64,000 nt of DNA from Hyphochytrium catenoides (Eukaryota > Protista > Hyphochytriomycota): positions 182,744-246,743 of the forward strand of contig FLMG01000154.1 of NCBI GenBank assembly GCA_900088475.1, in the 5' to 3' direction. Below, piece after piece: positions 36,198-50,900 of this stretch; the stretch's first letter is position 1; every line of letters starts with the position of its first letter. The position numbers and the translations under genes were made by a program. The notes below the pieces were generated by a model, which saw only the letters and a list, made by a program, of their open reading frames with translations, had not been told where the DNA came from and searched no databases.

Positions 36198-39100
36198 CAC
36201 AACCAGGAAGAACAGGAAAGAAAAAAGCACATGGATATGCATTCTGACGGCCCAATGCACAGAGTCATTCCAGAAGACGTCCTTGCTGCTTTATGTAGCC
36301 TCTCTAGGTAAGACTCAGCCTGTCTTCTGACCGCCAGGACCCGGTGCCTCGTGACAAAAGGCTTCCATGCGTTCTGTCTACCTCTTCCCTGCACACCACT
36401 AAGGGACTTGTTCCTTTCGGCAATTCTCTCCTCCCTCACTTTATCTTTTAGGGCTTGTTGACAAGACAAGGGAGCTACTCGCTGGCGGGCTGTCCGTGAA
36501 CTCTAAAGACTACGATCACAGAACCGCTCTTCACCTGGCAGCCAGCGGTAGGGGAGCTTGCGCCCAATTTTTCCGTCGCCTCATGTCCATGGACTGCTTA
36601 AGGCGACTGAATACCCGTCTGTCTTCAGCTTCTTTTCACTATCCACCTCTGTCTGTCCAGCTTTCCAACACATGACATGCTTGTGCCTACTCATGCCCGT
36701 TATCTTTGTGGTTGTAGAGGGTCAAGTTGAAGAAGTCAAAGTGCTGCTCGAACTGGGGGCAGATGTGAACGCCAAAGACAGATGGGGAGGGACACCTCTT
36801 CAGGATGCTATTAGGCATAAACACGATGAGGTAACGGATAGACCTAGAGAGGACTAAAGCCTGCTTAGGATAGTGTGGCTTTTTCTTCCATCTCGTCTTT
36901 CTTAGATGGAGCTGACCAATGCAGTCCAGTCTTCCATAGCAGAGGCTACACGCGACTTTTGTTAGTTCGCGGCCTCCTTCAGTGGGCCCCGCGTTGTGGG
37001 ACTGCGAGTAATGAAGAATCGCCTTTAACACGCTACAAACACCCCCCCGTCTTGTAGGTGGCCAAGATCCTAAAGTTACGGGGCGCGGCGGTAGATAGTC
37101 CATTTATTTCCGAGGTCATGTGCGCAGCAGCGGGACAGGGAGATCTTGACGAACTGAGGCGTCTGGTAGAGAATGGAGCGCCAGTAGGATCAAAGGACTA
37201 CGATAGGAGGACGGCATTGCACTTGGCGGCATCAGGTTCTGTCCCTCTCCTCTATCAGGCGCTCGCTGCCGTCCTCTTGGTTCGTTCACCTTCAACCTTA
37301 TATGGGTGGGATTGTGCACCTTCCTGGAACTCTATTCCCCACTCTTTCGATATCTGGAGTTGTATAGCATTTGTGGCCTAAGATGATGCCTTGTTTGCTC
37401 CATTCGGTAACACTTACACTAACACTGCACAGAGGGGCATCTTAAGCTCGTGCAATATCTGGTAGAGAGTGGTGCAGATCTTGATGCAAAGGACAGGTGA
37501 GATGCATGAAAAGCAACCTCCGTTGTCCTAGCCTACTCCATGCCACCCAGCTCTCGGATCCCAACCCTTCAGACCTTTCTCTCATGCATTCTACTAACTG
37601 GGCTGTCTTCTCATTCGTTTCAAGATGGGGCTCGGCGCCTCTGGACGATGCTCTGCGGTACAAGAAGCAGGAAGTGGCAGGTATCTTAATCCCCTTGGGG
37701 GTGCTGTTGCTCTCGGGCTGTTACTGTTGGAAGCACCCCTCAGTCTGTCCTGCTCTTCGCCGTTTACTGAACCCGGCATCCTCTCCAACTCGCAGATTAC
37801 CTACGAAGCAAGGGGGCCACCATGAATGGGGTCTCTTCTACAAAGGCACAGGATCTCTGCAACGCTGCTGCTATTGGAAATGTGTACGAGATGTGGTGCT
37901 TCTTTTTCTTTATTTTGTCATCTGATGCTCTTGTCCAGCGATGACGTACTGCGATTGCTTAAGGAAGGGGTGCAGCCTAATGATCATGACTATGACAGAA
38001 GGACCCCACTCCACATTGCAGCTGCGGGTAAGTGCTTTAGACTTATACTCGTCTCTGATGAGAGGCGTTCCTTCGGAAGGTAGACCCAGTTCCCTGACGT
38101 TTGTCGATTTTTAGAGGGTCAGCTGGAAGTAGCTAAGGTTCTTCTAGAGAACGGTGCGAACGTAAACGCTTTGGATAGATGGGGAAATACTCCCCTATCT
38201 GAGAGTAGAAGTGGAAAGCATAAGACCATTAGCCGCCTTCTCTCTTCGAAAGGTGGCCGGATGGCTACTAGTAGAGACAATAATAACTGGGAGATAGGCC
38301 CTTCCGAAGTAGAGTTTCTGGTGAGACTGCTTATACTCTATTGGCTCTGAGTGCGCTCTGTTGTCCGCTTTTAGACTTAGTGTCCTAGATATGAACGCCT
38401 TATCTCGTAGAATGACGGTTCTCTAATGCTATTACGTCCTCTCCCCTTACTTCTTACTTTCAGGACGAGATAGGAAGAGGAGAGTTTGGAACGGTGAGAC
38501 TTAATTCCAGGCCAGCTTCTCAAAAGCATATGTGGTTCCCCCCTCTCTCGTCACTAAATACTAACTACCTCGGATTGTCTCACTTAAAGATCTATCGCGG
38601 CAAATGGCGAGGCCTGGAGGTGGCAGTAAAACGAATTCGAGTGGATTTGGCCACAGACAGGCTCCAGCTCGCCCTCAAGGACTTACACAACGAAGTGGCA
38701 CTGATGAGGTAGAAGAAACCATAGGATGGGGAAAATATGAGGTTTAAGTTTAATTAGACAGAGAGATATGCAACAGGAAAGACTGAAGGTGACGAGACGG
38801 AGGGTGCGGTCAATTTGATAGGTTAGAGAGCGTAGGGATACAAAGCACCAAAAAAGGGAGAGAGCTGTGTGTATGTGTGTGTGTGTGTGTGTGGAGGCGG
38901 GGGCCATGCATCTAGGGAGCACCGCGCCAGTAAGCTCACTGCGTTCCTCTTTCTCCGCATCACCAAGCACCTTTCGGCATCCGAACTTAGTAATGCTATT
39001 GGGCGCTTGTCTGAAGGACCAGCCCTTTCTAGTGCAAGAGTTCATGCCGAACGGAGATCTCCAACATCTTCTANNNNNNNNNNNNNNNNNNNNNNNNNNN

Positions 39101-40398
39101 NNNNNNNNNNNNNNNNNNNNNNNNNNNNNNNNNNNNNNNNACCGAAAGCCCCCAGTTGTCCACAGGTAAGAATTTCTACGGTTGAGCGGGAGTCATAGGT
39201 GAAACGCAGAGGATTATAAAACAGAGGGACAGCGGGATACCAACGGCTAGGGAAAGGCAAAGAATTTGTGGAGGAAGTCGTGTTATGGCTGAAGACCATA
39301 CTGAGGCTCATTATTGGGCGGAGGCTTGGGTATAAGGCACAAGTAAAGCGTTGTCAGGCTTGTGCTCGCTAACTCAATGGTACAGAGACTTGAAGCCGTC
39401 CAATTTACTTTTTGACGGCGATTTTCACCTGAAGGTAGGGAAGATTACTGCAGGACTGATACTTGGTCATCAAGGTCTAGGTGGTCTCATCAATTTTGCT
39501 CTTCGAATGGTCAATGACATGCAGATCGGCGACTTTGGTCTTGGGAAGATTATTCAAGACATGCAGGATGAGGAAAGCGTCCATCGAGGGAAGAATACCA
39601 CATACAAAATGACGGGAGAGACCGGCAGCTACAGATGTAAGCACGCTACGGCCGAAACCCTCTGACCTGAGAAAGGCCGAACACCTCTGACGTGATGGAG
39701 GGTTTTACTAACTATGGCCCCGTCTAATTGTCGTTCTTCTCTAGATATGGCTCCGGAGGTCTTCAGGAACGAAAAGTACAATGAGAAGGTTGATGTGTAC
39801 TCGTAAGTAGTGGATTCTTGGCTGTGTGTCCAATCTTTAGAGCGTTACTGGTCAATAGCATCAATAGGTCGAGCGATTGCGCGTCACGCTTGGCCACTTA
39901 CTCGAATCTTTTGAACATATCTCTTAAACGACCTTAGGTATGCAATCATTCTTTGGTACATGGCCTGCATGCAAATGCCATTCGGAGGGATCAATCCGCA
40001 GGAAGTAGCGGCCAGGGCCGCACTCGAGCATCACCGGCCCGATGTGTAAGTGGAAGCGCGGTCCTGATCTCCTTAACACTTATTCCATAACGAATCCCTC
40101 TAGCTATAAAGGGATACAGGCTCCTCCCATTTAGCCATTCCTAGATACTCTGTCTGTCTCTTTCTCTAGTTAAATGTCTGTCTCTTTCTTTAGTTAAGTG
40201 AGGCTCATCCTTTGGCCCTTCTTAAACTTTCCTTATCTCAGGACGAAGGTTGACATTCCCGTCTTGGCTAAGATCATTGAGCGAGCCTGGGCCCCTTCTC
40301 CCGGTGACCGGCCCTCTTTCAACGAGATTCTAAGTATCCTTGAGCCCGCCAGCGAGAGGAGCAACAGTGCCAACAAAAAGAAATGTACACAGCAGTAA
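35937..40398 (+). CDS. Ankyrin-repeat tyrosine-kinase-like (Raf/ILK-like) protein kinase with about nine ankyrin repeats; includes an assembly gap; start uncertain
   Basis: Three copies of the module (DYDxRTxLHxAAxEG...DRWGxxPL), then WEIGPSEVEFL-DEIGRGEFG, WRGLEVAVK, FRHPNLVMLLGAC, VVHRDLKPSN, IGDFGL, MTGETGSYRYMAPE, KVDVYS, RPSFNEIL. Ends KKKCTQQ*. Confidence 0.92.
36060..36195. repeat. (GA)n microsatellite (intronic)
   Basis: Directly visible. Confidence 0.9.
39074..39140. other. Assembly gap (N run) inside the kinase domain
   Basis: 67 Ns between GDLQHLL and RKPPVVHR. Confidence 1.
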
Positions 40399-41535
40399 AG
40401 CAACTGATCGACCAGATGTATGTAAGGGGATAGAACACCCTCGCCATCAAGACATTTAGACATATGTCTCACAGTATCATAAACATGTATGGCACACTTC
40501 TCCAGGCGGGTCTTTTTCGGCAAGCACTCCAAGGAGAAGACGACGGCTAAACGTCTTAGGCAAGTGTCTAGTCAAAGTTTTTTTCCGTAAGAGGTAAAGA
40601 GAGGAGAGGCTTGGCCATAAGGAAGCACCAGCAATCTGAAAGACCTGGCAATGCAAGGTCAATCAGTATCAGGCACCAAGGCATTGGCGTACAAGGTTAT
40701 GTCTTGTACGAAAGTTGCGGCGAGAGCAGGAGAGTAGAGGACCAGGGTAAGGGCTTGGCCAACCCAGGTCACGTCTCGGGCGATCAGTAATACAATGATA
40801 GAAAGGGGTTCCTATGATTCTTACTGGTGCATAAAAGTAGGAACAGCAAACATAGGGTTCCAGGCTTTGTAGCACCTCTAGGGACCTTTCTACTCCTTTC
40901 TCTAGTTCTTGGTCACTTGGAGCCAAGCGGCAGCAAAGATCGTGCTGTTCGGGTCGTTATCAGTGTCTTGACAAGTAGTTCTATCCATCTCCAGAATAAC
41001 GGACAGATCTTTCTTTATAGTTACTATAAAAGAACACCAACAAAAAGAGAGACATATCTGACACTGATCTGGGTCATCGGTAACCGAATATTTCCTATAT
41101 GATAACCAGTTTGGACGCTCTGTTCTTTTCTCCGCGTGCTGATACAGGCGTACAACTGAACTCGTCACAAACCACAGTTGTACAAGTACGACGGGTGTAT
41201 CCAGAAGTTTCTCCCCTTACAAGGGGTTCAGAATGTAGGTCGCCCTGTGTTGTGGAGCGAAGGGAAGCGATTGATCGTTCGCTTGCGTTCGCAGATGTCC
41301 CACGCCGCGCCGCGCCGCCAGCGATCGATGATGGCCCTTGCTGGCCGAGCTTGCACAATGCCAGAGCTCTAAACCAGCCCCTTGTCGTCTGCTTTGGATC
41401 GTGGGCTCCTATTCACCGTTCCTTCTTCCTTTGATCTGGTCTGCTTATCACGAGAGTTGGATCCGGTCTGCTTAAGATAAAACCGACACGTCAGGCATCC
41501 TCATCATCATCATAGGTCCCTCCCCAAGCGGAATC

Positions 41536-44500
41536 ATGGTGTTTTGTCCTGAGTGCGGCAAAGATGCTGGTGATAGGAAGTTCTGCGGAGAGTGTGGCTA
41601 CTCGTTGAAGGCGTTGCGGCCCGTAACTGCCGTTGAAGTGGACGATGATATCCCACCACCTCCACCTCCTCCCCCACCGCCACGTCCTCCCTCTGGCTGG
41701 AACGCAAGTAAAGGTGCTATTGGAGGCATAGGCGGCCGCAGAACTACCTCTGCGGCGCCCCCACCTCCTCCACCCCCGCCTCCTCCTCCTCCTCGTCCTC
41801 CAGTGTCAGTTATGGGTGGACCCGGGGTTAATGGAGTCGCCAAGTACGGTCCAAAGGCCGTAGCAGTCAGCGTTTCCACGACTCCTGCTACCGCAACAGG
41901 TAGGAACAACCACTTCCATGTATACATTGATATTAGGGGCCATCTTTGCTAAGTCGTACCGCTTGAACTGCACGTACCTAGCGGTAATGGAAGTTCCCCC
42001 AGCAGCAGTTGGAGAGGAGGCTCAAGAGCTGTATAAGAAGGTTATTCGTAGAGTTAGAGAGCGCACTCAGGACGAGGAGACAGTCAAGAGTTTTAAGCTG
42101 AACTGCAAAAACTATGGCAATGGAGTGTGTACAGCGGACTACTTCCTTGGCGATCTCAGTGACCTATTGGGGACAAATACCGTCAGCGAGTTGCTCATGG
42201 ACCTTGTGCGCCTTGTGCCTTCAGAAGATAAAAGAAGGGAGCTCCTCTTTGCTTTTGCGGCAATGACTGTTGTGGGTAAGCCACTTCTCTCCTTTTGCAT
42301 CGTGATAAGAAGCGCTTCTTTCTATCTCCGCTTCCTGCTTCCAGCTGCTAAGTGTTATTAGGCTTAGGGTTGCATGGAAGTGGGTTATCCTATGACGTTA
42401 TGTTGACTTCTTTTTCAATGCGCTATCCTTCATTTCACCTCCAGATGAGTACACTCGGGATGGCTCTTCGGGCTCCTTTGAGAGCAGCTATAGGTATGCA
42501 CCCTTCGCACCACTTACTATGAGATTTCGTCTGGTTCATTCGGGCCCTCTGGTTCCTTCTCAGCATGGAGCCGTTTTCTTCCATTTAGTTGTCTCGATCT
42601 ATTTGTGATGTTTTCCTTCCTAGCCCTCGGTCAAGGTCAGGCAGTATGGGACGCGCATCTGGCAGTGGACGCTACAAGGATCATCCCACCTGTGATATGT
42701 GTGCTGCAAAGTTTGAGCTGGTTGGCAAACCAAGACACCAGTGGTAGGTACTAGTATCAAGAGCTTGAGCTTCTTCTTGGCTCCTGGCTGCCCACTCGCT
42801 ACGATCTTCTTCTTGACACCTATCCCCTAGAAAGGTGCAGCTACATGAGAGAAAGCAACTAGATTTTTGCTCTATTCTCTTCCTCTTTTGAATGTAATCC
42901 ATTCCATTGTTCTTGCCAGGTCTCCCCTTCTATCTTTTCTAGTCCCAGCTTTTCACTTGTACTCATTTGGAATCTGCCTTCTAACTATTGTTTCGTCTCT
43001 TCCTTCTTAGTCGAATGTGCGGCATATATGTTTGTGGCACATGCTCATCCAGCCGGCTATTGATACCCCCGGGACAACAGTACGCAAAGGCCAAAAATTA
43101 TCAGCCATCAGTTCCTCAACGGGTCTGTGGCCCATGTGCGACTCTGCTGCAGCCTTTGCAGGCAGATCTAGGTAGGATGGACTGCAAATCGATTATATTG
43201 GCTAATAGCTTTTAGCTTGAAAAGCAGGGAGAAGGTGGCAAACTGACAGGGGAAACAAAGGGACATGATACGTAAGAGGAGAGAGAGTCTCCAATGAAGC
43301 TTAGGCTAGAAAGAAAGGGAATTAGAGGACAAGGGAGAGCAAGGTAACGTACCCTCTCAATGCGACAAAGCCTTGTATAAGGGGCCTCGGTGGAAAGAAC
43401 GTTACCTTTCAAGGTTAAACACTGACGTCATAACTCTTTTGTCTCCATAGTTGAAACCTATGGGAACTTCAACAAGGAGAATCCACATGAGGCCAAGCTA
43501 CGCTTCCATCTGTACGTGCCGTCGGGTCTCAGAGCTTGATCATGGCTCTCAGAGCAGTCCTATCATTTTTACCTTTCAGTTTTCCTTTGAAAGCCAGAAG
43601 CTACGATAGACTCCGAAGCTACGATAGACAATGTCGACTTCCCGTCCTGATAATTGAAAACTTGTCCTTATCCTTAGTGTTCTCCCTATCCAGGCCGTAT
43701 TCGAGCTCTCTAGAGAAAGAATGCAAGAATGCTGCAGACATTTTGGGGAACTTCTTTAGGAACGAACTGGGGAGTGCCATGGACCGATCTGTGCCCACTG
43801 CCCTTCTGAAACGAGCAAGCGGGCTGGCTATTATCACTGTCATCAACGGAGGATTTCTTGTCAGGTAGCCGCCCCGTTACCCTTGTGTAACCTTCTGCAT
43901 GTTCTCGCCTGAACTCTATTTGACACACGCCCTTAAGCCTCACCTTTTTTTTCTGTGGCACTTGACCTGAAGTATGCCGTTGTTGCTGTTCGCCCTCGTT
44001 GACATCTCTCGCGTTGCTGCCACCACTACTTTAGTGGTAAGGTCGGAACAGGACTCGTGGTTGCGAAGCTACCAGATGGTAGCTGGAGTGCGCCCTGTGC
44101 TATAGGGATGGCAGGTGGTGTTCTTGTTTTGAGCTTGACCTAGCCTCTATTTAGCCCCTGGCTCTATGTGTCTTCCACTTTGACCTTTCTACTATCTTGT
44201 CTAGCCACTCTTAACCATATTAGCTACTTTCGCTTGTACACGGATCTCCGCTAGATGAGGTGTCGTCAACTGCAGTTCTTTGAAGGATTGACTCCCTTCC
44301 TATGGATATTGTCCTTCCTTCTCTGGGCCCCCATTGGTCATCAACAGTACCTTATCCACTAATCGTCAGCCACTTCTTACCATCTCTCTTCCTTGTGCAG
44401 CATACTGAGACTCTCTTTCCCCTTCGCAGGTCTTGGAGGGGGCTTCCTCATTGGTGCTGAAGTCGTGGAGTTCTTGATTATTCTGTAAGCATGCGATCGC

Positions 44501-45521
44501 CCATTCTTTGAAGAGCTCGTGAGTATAGTCTGACACGACTGCGTCGCCTGTTCTCTTATCGCCCTCGTCCTTCATTAAAACTGTTGTCTCCAAAGGGGCT
44601 CGGAGGCAGCTGTGAAGGTTTTCTATCACGGCCAAGTCAACTTAGGCGCTCAGCTGGATGTAACGGTGGGCCCAGTAGGTGAGCTAAAGAGAAGTTGGGA
44701 CACATCTTTCATAGACATATCATACTCATCTGGGCCTCTCGCGGAGCCGAGGATGATAGTAGAGGGCTAATGCTGTGTTGACTGCAATGCAATCTCCCGT
44801 TGATCTCTCAAACTCTATTCCCTTCTACAGGACGAGCCGCACGAGCTGCTGCAGCTGCCAGCAAGGGCGGTCTGGGAGTAAACTACAGCTACTCGCATGC
44901 GAGAGGCTTCTTCGCTGGAATGTCCCTTGAGGGCGGAGTTATTATCACTAGGAAAGGTGAGCCTTTGATCGCTTCTTTTGCGCTTTAAAGAGCTCATAAG
45001 AGTGAGCGGGCTTCTGAATCTCTGGTTTTCTAGACTTGAATGCGAAATTCTATGGACAGCAAGTTGAGGCGCGGGACCTCTTAGAAGGAAACTTTGAACA
45101 GCCCCGCGCTGCACAGCCATTATATGACGGAATAGTTGATGCCATGCATGGAGTGCAGCAGTATGAGGTACGACATCTACTTGAAGCTGGGACAAAGAAA
45201 GCGTGTCCTAAATGACAAGAGGAAAAGGACCAGCATGTTTGCTTACTTTAGCAGAGAGAATGAGGAGCCCTTTGCTTCCTTCACCAACCGTTGGGCACTG
45301 ATGCACGCCGTCTGCAAACTCTATCTACGTCTCTACTTTCGCTCGCGTTATTGCTCTTGCGCTTATTTTGCCGACGGCTCACGATTGCTTTGTCTCATCA
45401 GGAAGAGAGGGAGTTATCTGAGAGGAATGTTCCAACATGCCGCAGTTGTGGTTGCGATTCTTATACGAGACCTGGTGTGCCCTTCTCCAAGAAGTGCAAG
45501 ACCTGCGGCCACACTCACTAA
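41536..45521 (+). CDS. Zinc-ribbon / polyproline / FYVE / SYLF (Ysc84 actin-binding) domain protein with C-terminal Cys/His cluster
   Basis: MVFCPECG...KFCGECG; two poly-Pro tracts; FYVE CDMC...PRHQC|RMCGIYVCGTCS...RVCGPC. SYLF: ASGLAIITVINGGFLV|SGKVGTGLVVAKLPDGSWSAPCAIG, GGGFLIGAEVVEF, YSYSHARGFFAGMSLEGGVI, NAKFYG. Last exon CRSCGCDSY...KCKTCGHTH*. Confidence 0.88.
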
Positions 45522-45676
45522 TCTGTGACCCTCTTCTCGGTTCTTTTTCTATTGTACAGATCCTTTGGGAGTGACGTCTTGCTCTTCCTCTTACCCCTTA
45601 GTTTACCCCTTAGAGTCACGCAACCTATTTCCTCTAGCAGCCTTCCAGGCTAGACTGCCGACTACTATATTTATCT

Positions 45677-48045
<2,369 letters not shown>

Positions 48046-48189
48046 GGACTAGATGTTTAAGAGAGAACAAGGGTATACTCGCCTTAATTTTGCAGAGCCA
48101 TAGGAGTAGGCACCATGATGGATATTCGGAGCTGGGCTCAGCTAAGAACAGCCCAAGAGAGCAAGAGAAGACCAAAAACGAAGCAAGAC

Positions 48190-50063
48190 TTAGGAGCAAC
48201 CTGACCGGCGGCAACTTACGTTTTGTAAGGCCTTATCCCTTCCCGCGTTAGACTCGCTATCGGCTTTGGTCTCGGTAGCGAAAGCGAGCCCAGCTCTAAC
48301 AAATGATTGAAGCCCGATCTTCCGCTGCAGACCTCCAGACGACGAGTAAGAGGGTTTGTCCATACTATGAGATTCTCGCCTTTCGCCCTCTTTGTTAGGT
48401 CTTCTTTCTGAGTTGATGTGGTCTGCCTCATGAGGCATCGTAAGCTACATGGGACAGAGCAGACCGAAAGCACCGGATCAGCCTGCTGTTCGAAAGCTCC
48501 TCACTTCCGTCTTGCAAGATAGAGTCTTCTCGCTTTTTAACTTACATTTGAAGCCTGCCTATAGTTGTCCTCTCTTCCCGCTTCAGCCGGGTCTCCCATC
48601 CCCTTCTCTGTCCTGTTAGGGCGGAAGGAAGAGGTGCGGGGTAGCATGCAAAAAAGAGGATGGACTCAGCCTAGTACTGAGGTAATGAACCTGGACACAT
48701 CCAGAGCTGACTGACTGGCTTCCAAAGCAGGCGGCTGACTATGGAGATCTCTGGCAGGAATAAAGCTGAGCAGAAAGAATAAGTGAATAAGACCTGCGGG
48801 GAGAGGGATGACGAGTAGGATATGGGTAACAAAAAGGGTCAAAGAAGAGCTACATAGAAGAGCACATAGAAAACAATGAGCAGACCTTCCATCGACAACT
48901 AAGCGAGTCAGTAAGAAGACACTAGAAGTGGGAAACCCCTTAGGATGACAGGTGGAAATGAGCCATGCAGAGCCAACCTTGCGTTCTCCGTGAATTGTCG
49001 GCGTCTTGGCCTTGGTGGGGAGGCTTGCCCTGGAGCACTGGCCATCCATGTATGAGAAAGAGCCCAAGAGTAGGCCACAATGGGAGTGGTAAGCAGAGAA
49101 GACTTTGAGTGACAAATGAGGTAAAAGACCTTGCAAACCAACAATTGGATAGAAAGGGCAAACATCAGAATCGGATTCATAATTCAATCTTGCTTCCTTC
49201 TTACGGTTGGTCCTCTCGCTGAGGAGCTGCAGTACCCCGAGATATGGCCGGCGCAGGAAGAGCCTCTGGTGACGTTCTCACTGGCCCGTCTCTTCTCAAG
49301 GTATTAGTTCTGGCGTAGCATTTGTGGAAAGGGGAAGAAACATCAAGACATCAAGAGGCCCAAGAGGACATAGAGCGGCGTTAGATGTATGGCGAGAGGA
49401 TACAAGGAGCCGAGAGGGGTAATGCGAAATCAACGACGGTGATTAGCAGGGTGAAGGGGACGGCGTCCCAGAAGAGCGGCCGTTATATCCTGGCAAATGA
49501 CAGAGTAATCGGAGAAGGCTCCCCGGACGCAATCGGGGTTAACAAAGCTTGAAGACATAGTAAAGCAGAAGAAGACCTGTGACTATCTCTAGGATTACGA
49601 TCTGATCTCCTTCTTTCTCTTGATCCCGACGTTGACCTTCGATGGCCACGTCTTTCTCTGGATCGCGATCGGAGCCTTGACCTCCTTCCTCTCCCAATTG
49701 AACGAGACCGAGACCTAAGCACAGCGATTGTGATTGGACAGAGGTTGAAGGCGATTGAGGCAGAGAGACAGAAAGTGAGTTGGCCAAAGGGAAGCGCACA
49801 GCAAGGACGACGTGACGAGAAGCGTGTGCCAGAGCCAAGGCCAAGAGGTAGAAGCTCGGTTACCTTGTAGTAGATGTAGAAAAAAGGCGGCAAGGCAGAG
49901 AGGAAATAAGGCCCAGACCCGGCAATAGTTGAAGATCCAGCAGGAAGGCGTCTTATTACCTCCTTCTTGCCCTAGATGACCGCCTGTAGCGACGACCGTC
50001 ACGGTCCCTGGACCGCGACCTTGAGCTTGAGGAAGAGGAAGAAGATCTGTGTAATCTTCCCAT
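48190..50063 (-). CDS. Arg/Ser-rich protein (probable splicing-associated); exon structure uncertain
   Basis: RS-dipeptide exons MGRLHRSSSSSSSSRSRSRDRDG and RSRSRSIGRGRRSRLRSRSRERR, flanked by GT-AG introns. No folded domain recognised. Confidence 0.45.
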
Positions 50064-50900
50064 CTTCAAGCGCCTAACCGAACGAGACGTTTGACCTCTC
50101 CAGAGGCTTCTCCTCCTCTCACTTTGTCCACAGCTCCTTCTCTCGCAAGCAATAAAGCTTCGTGATCCACCAGTTCTTGCAACCCTAAGCAAAGCTTTCT
50201 TCTAAAACCCCTCCTGTGCGGCTTCTACTTCTCTAACTGTCCCGCCTTGCGCAAAGCGGTCTGCTTGCCTGCCTGGCTTTCAGCCTGAAGGCATCTTGAC
50301 ATGATGGCGTCACGCACTGTCCTGCCAAGGATCGTAAGTCTTCAAGTCATCAGCCACTGGGCAGACAACGGGCGGCGCTTCAAACGATGAACAATCAGGA
50401 TCTTCATCTTCCAAGCACCTTCCGAATCCTAAGTAGCGACATTCCTAGGGCATAACTTGTACCAGATTCCATCAAATGTAGTAAGAGTGATGGAACCGCT
50501 ATATTTAGAGCCTAATACCGGCTACCATGCAGAGAGAACACGCAAATCTCTGGGTTATGCGAATAACGCTAACCAAAGTGTTGAGGGGTTTTCAGTGGGA
50601 AGTGATGATGCCTTGACCAGCGGGAGCAGATGATGGAGGCAGCAAGGGCTAAGACAGACGAAGAAGCCGAGCAGTAGAGCCCTGGAAAGTGCGGATGTCT
50701 TTCAGATAGAAAGAGCCTCCTAAGCGACAGGGAAAGCTATCAGCGGAGGAAGAGCAGGCTATAGTCGCTACACATACGATAAGGCACCTCACATAGGGAC
50801 GCTACCGCGCTGGCAGAAAGGTCGCAAGCAAAGCAATTAAATGTGAGCGACAGGGAGAGCAATAGTAGCGCCGGGAAGGACAGACAAGCACGGAGAGGAG

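Noticed and set aside
40477-41358. Possible minus-strand gene between the ankyrin kinase and FYVE-SYLF genes
   Set aside because: Short ORFs with no motif; I could not build a consistent exon chain.
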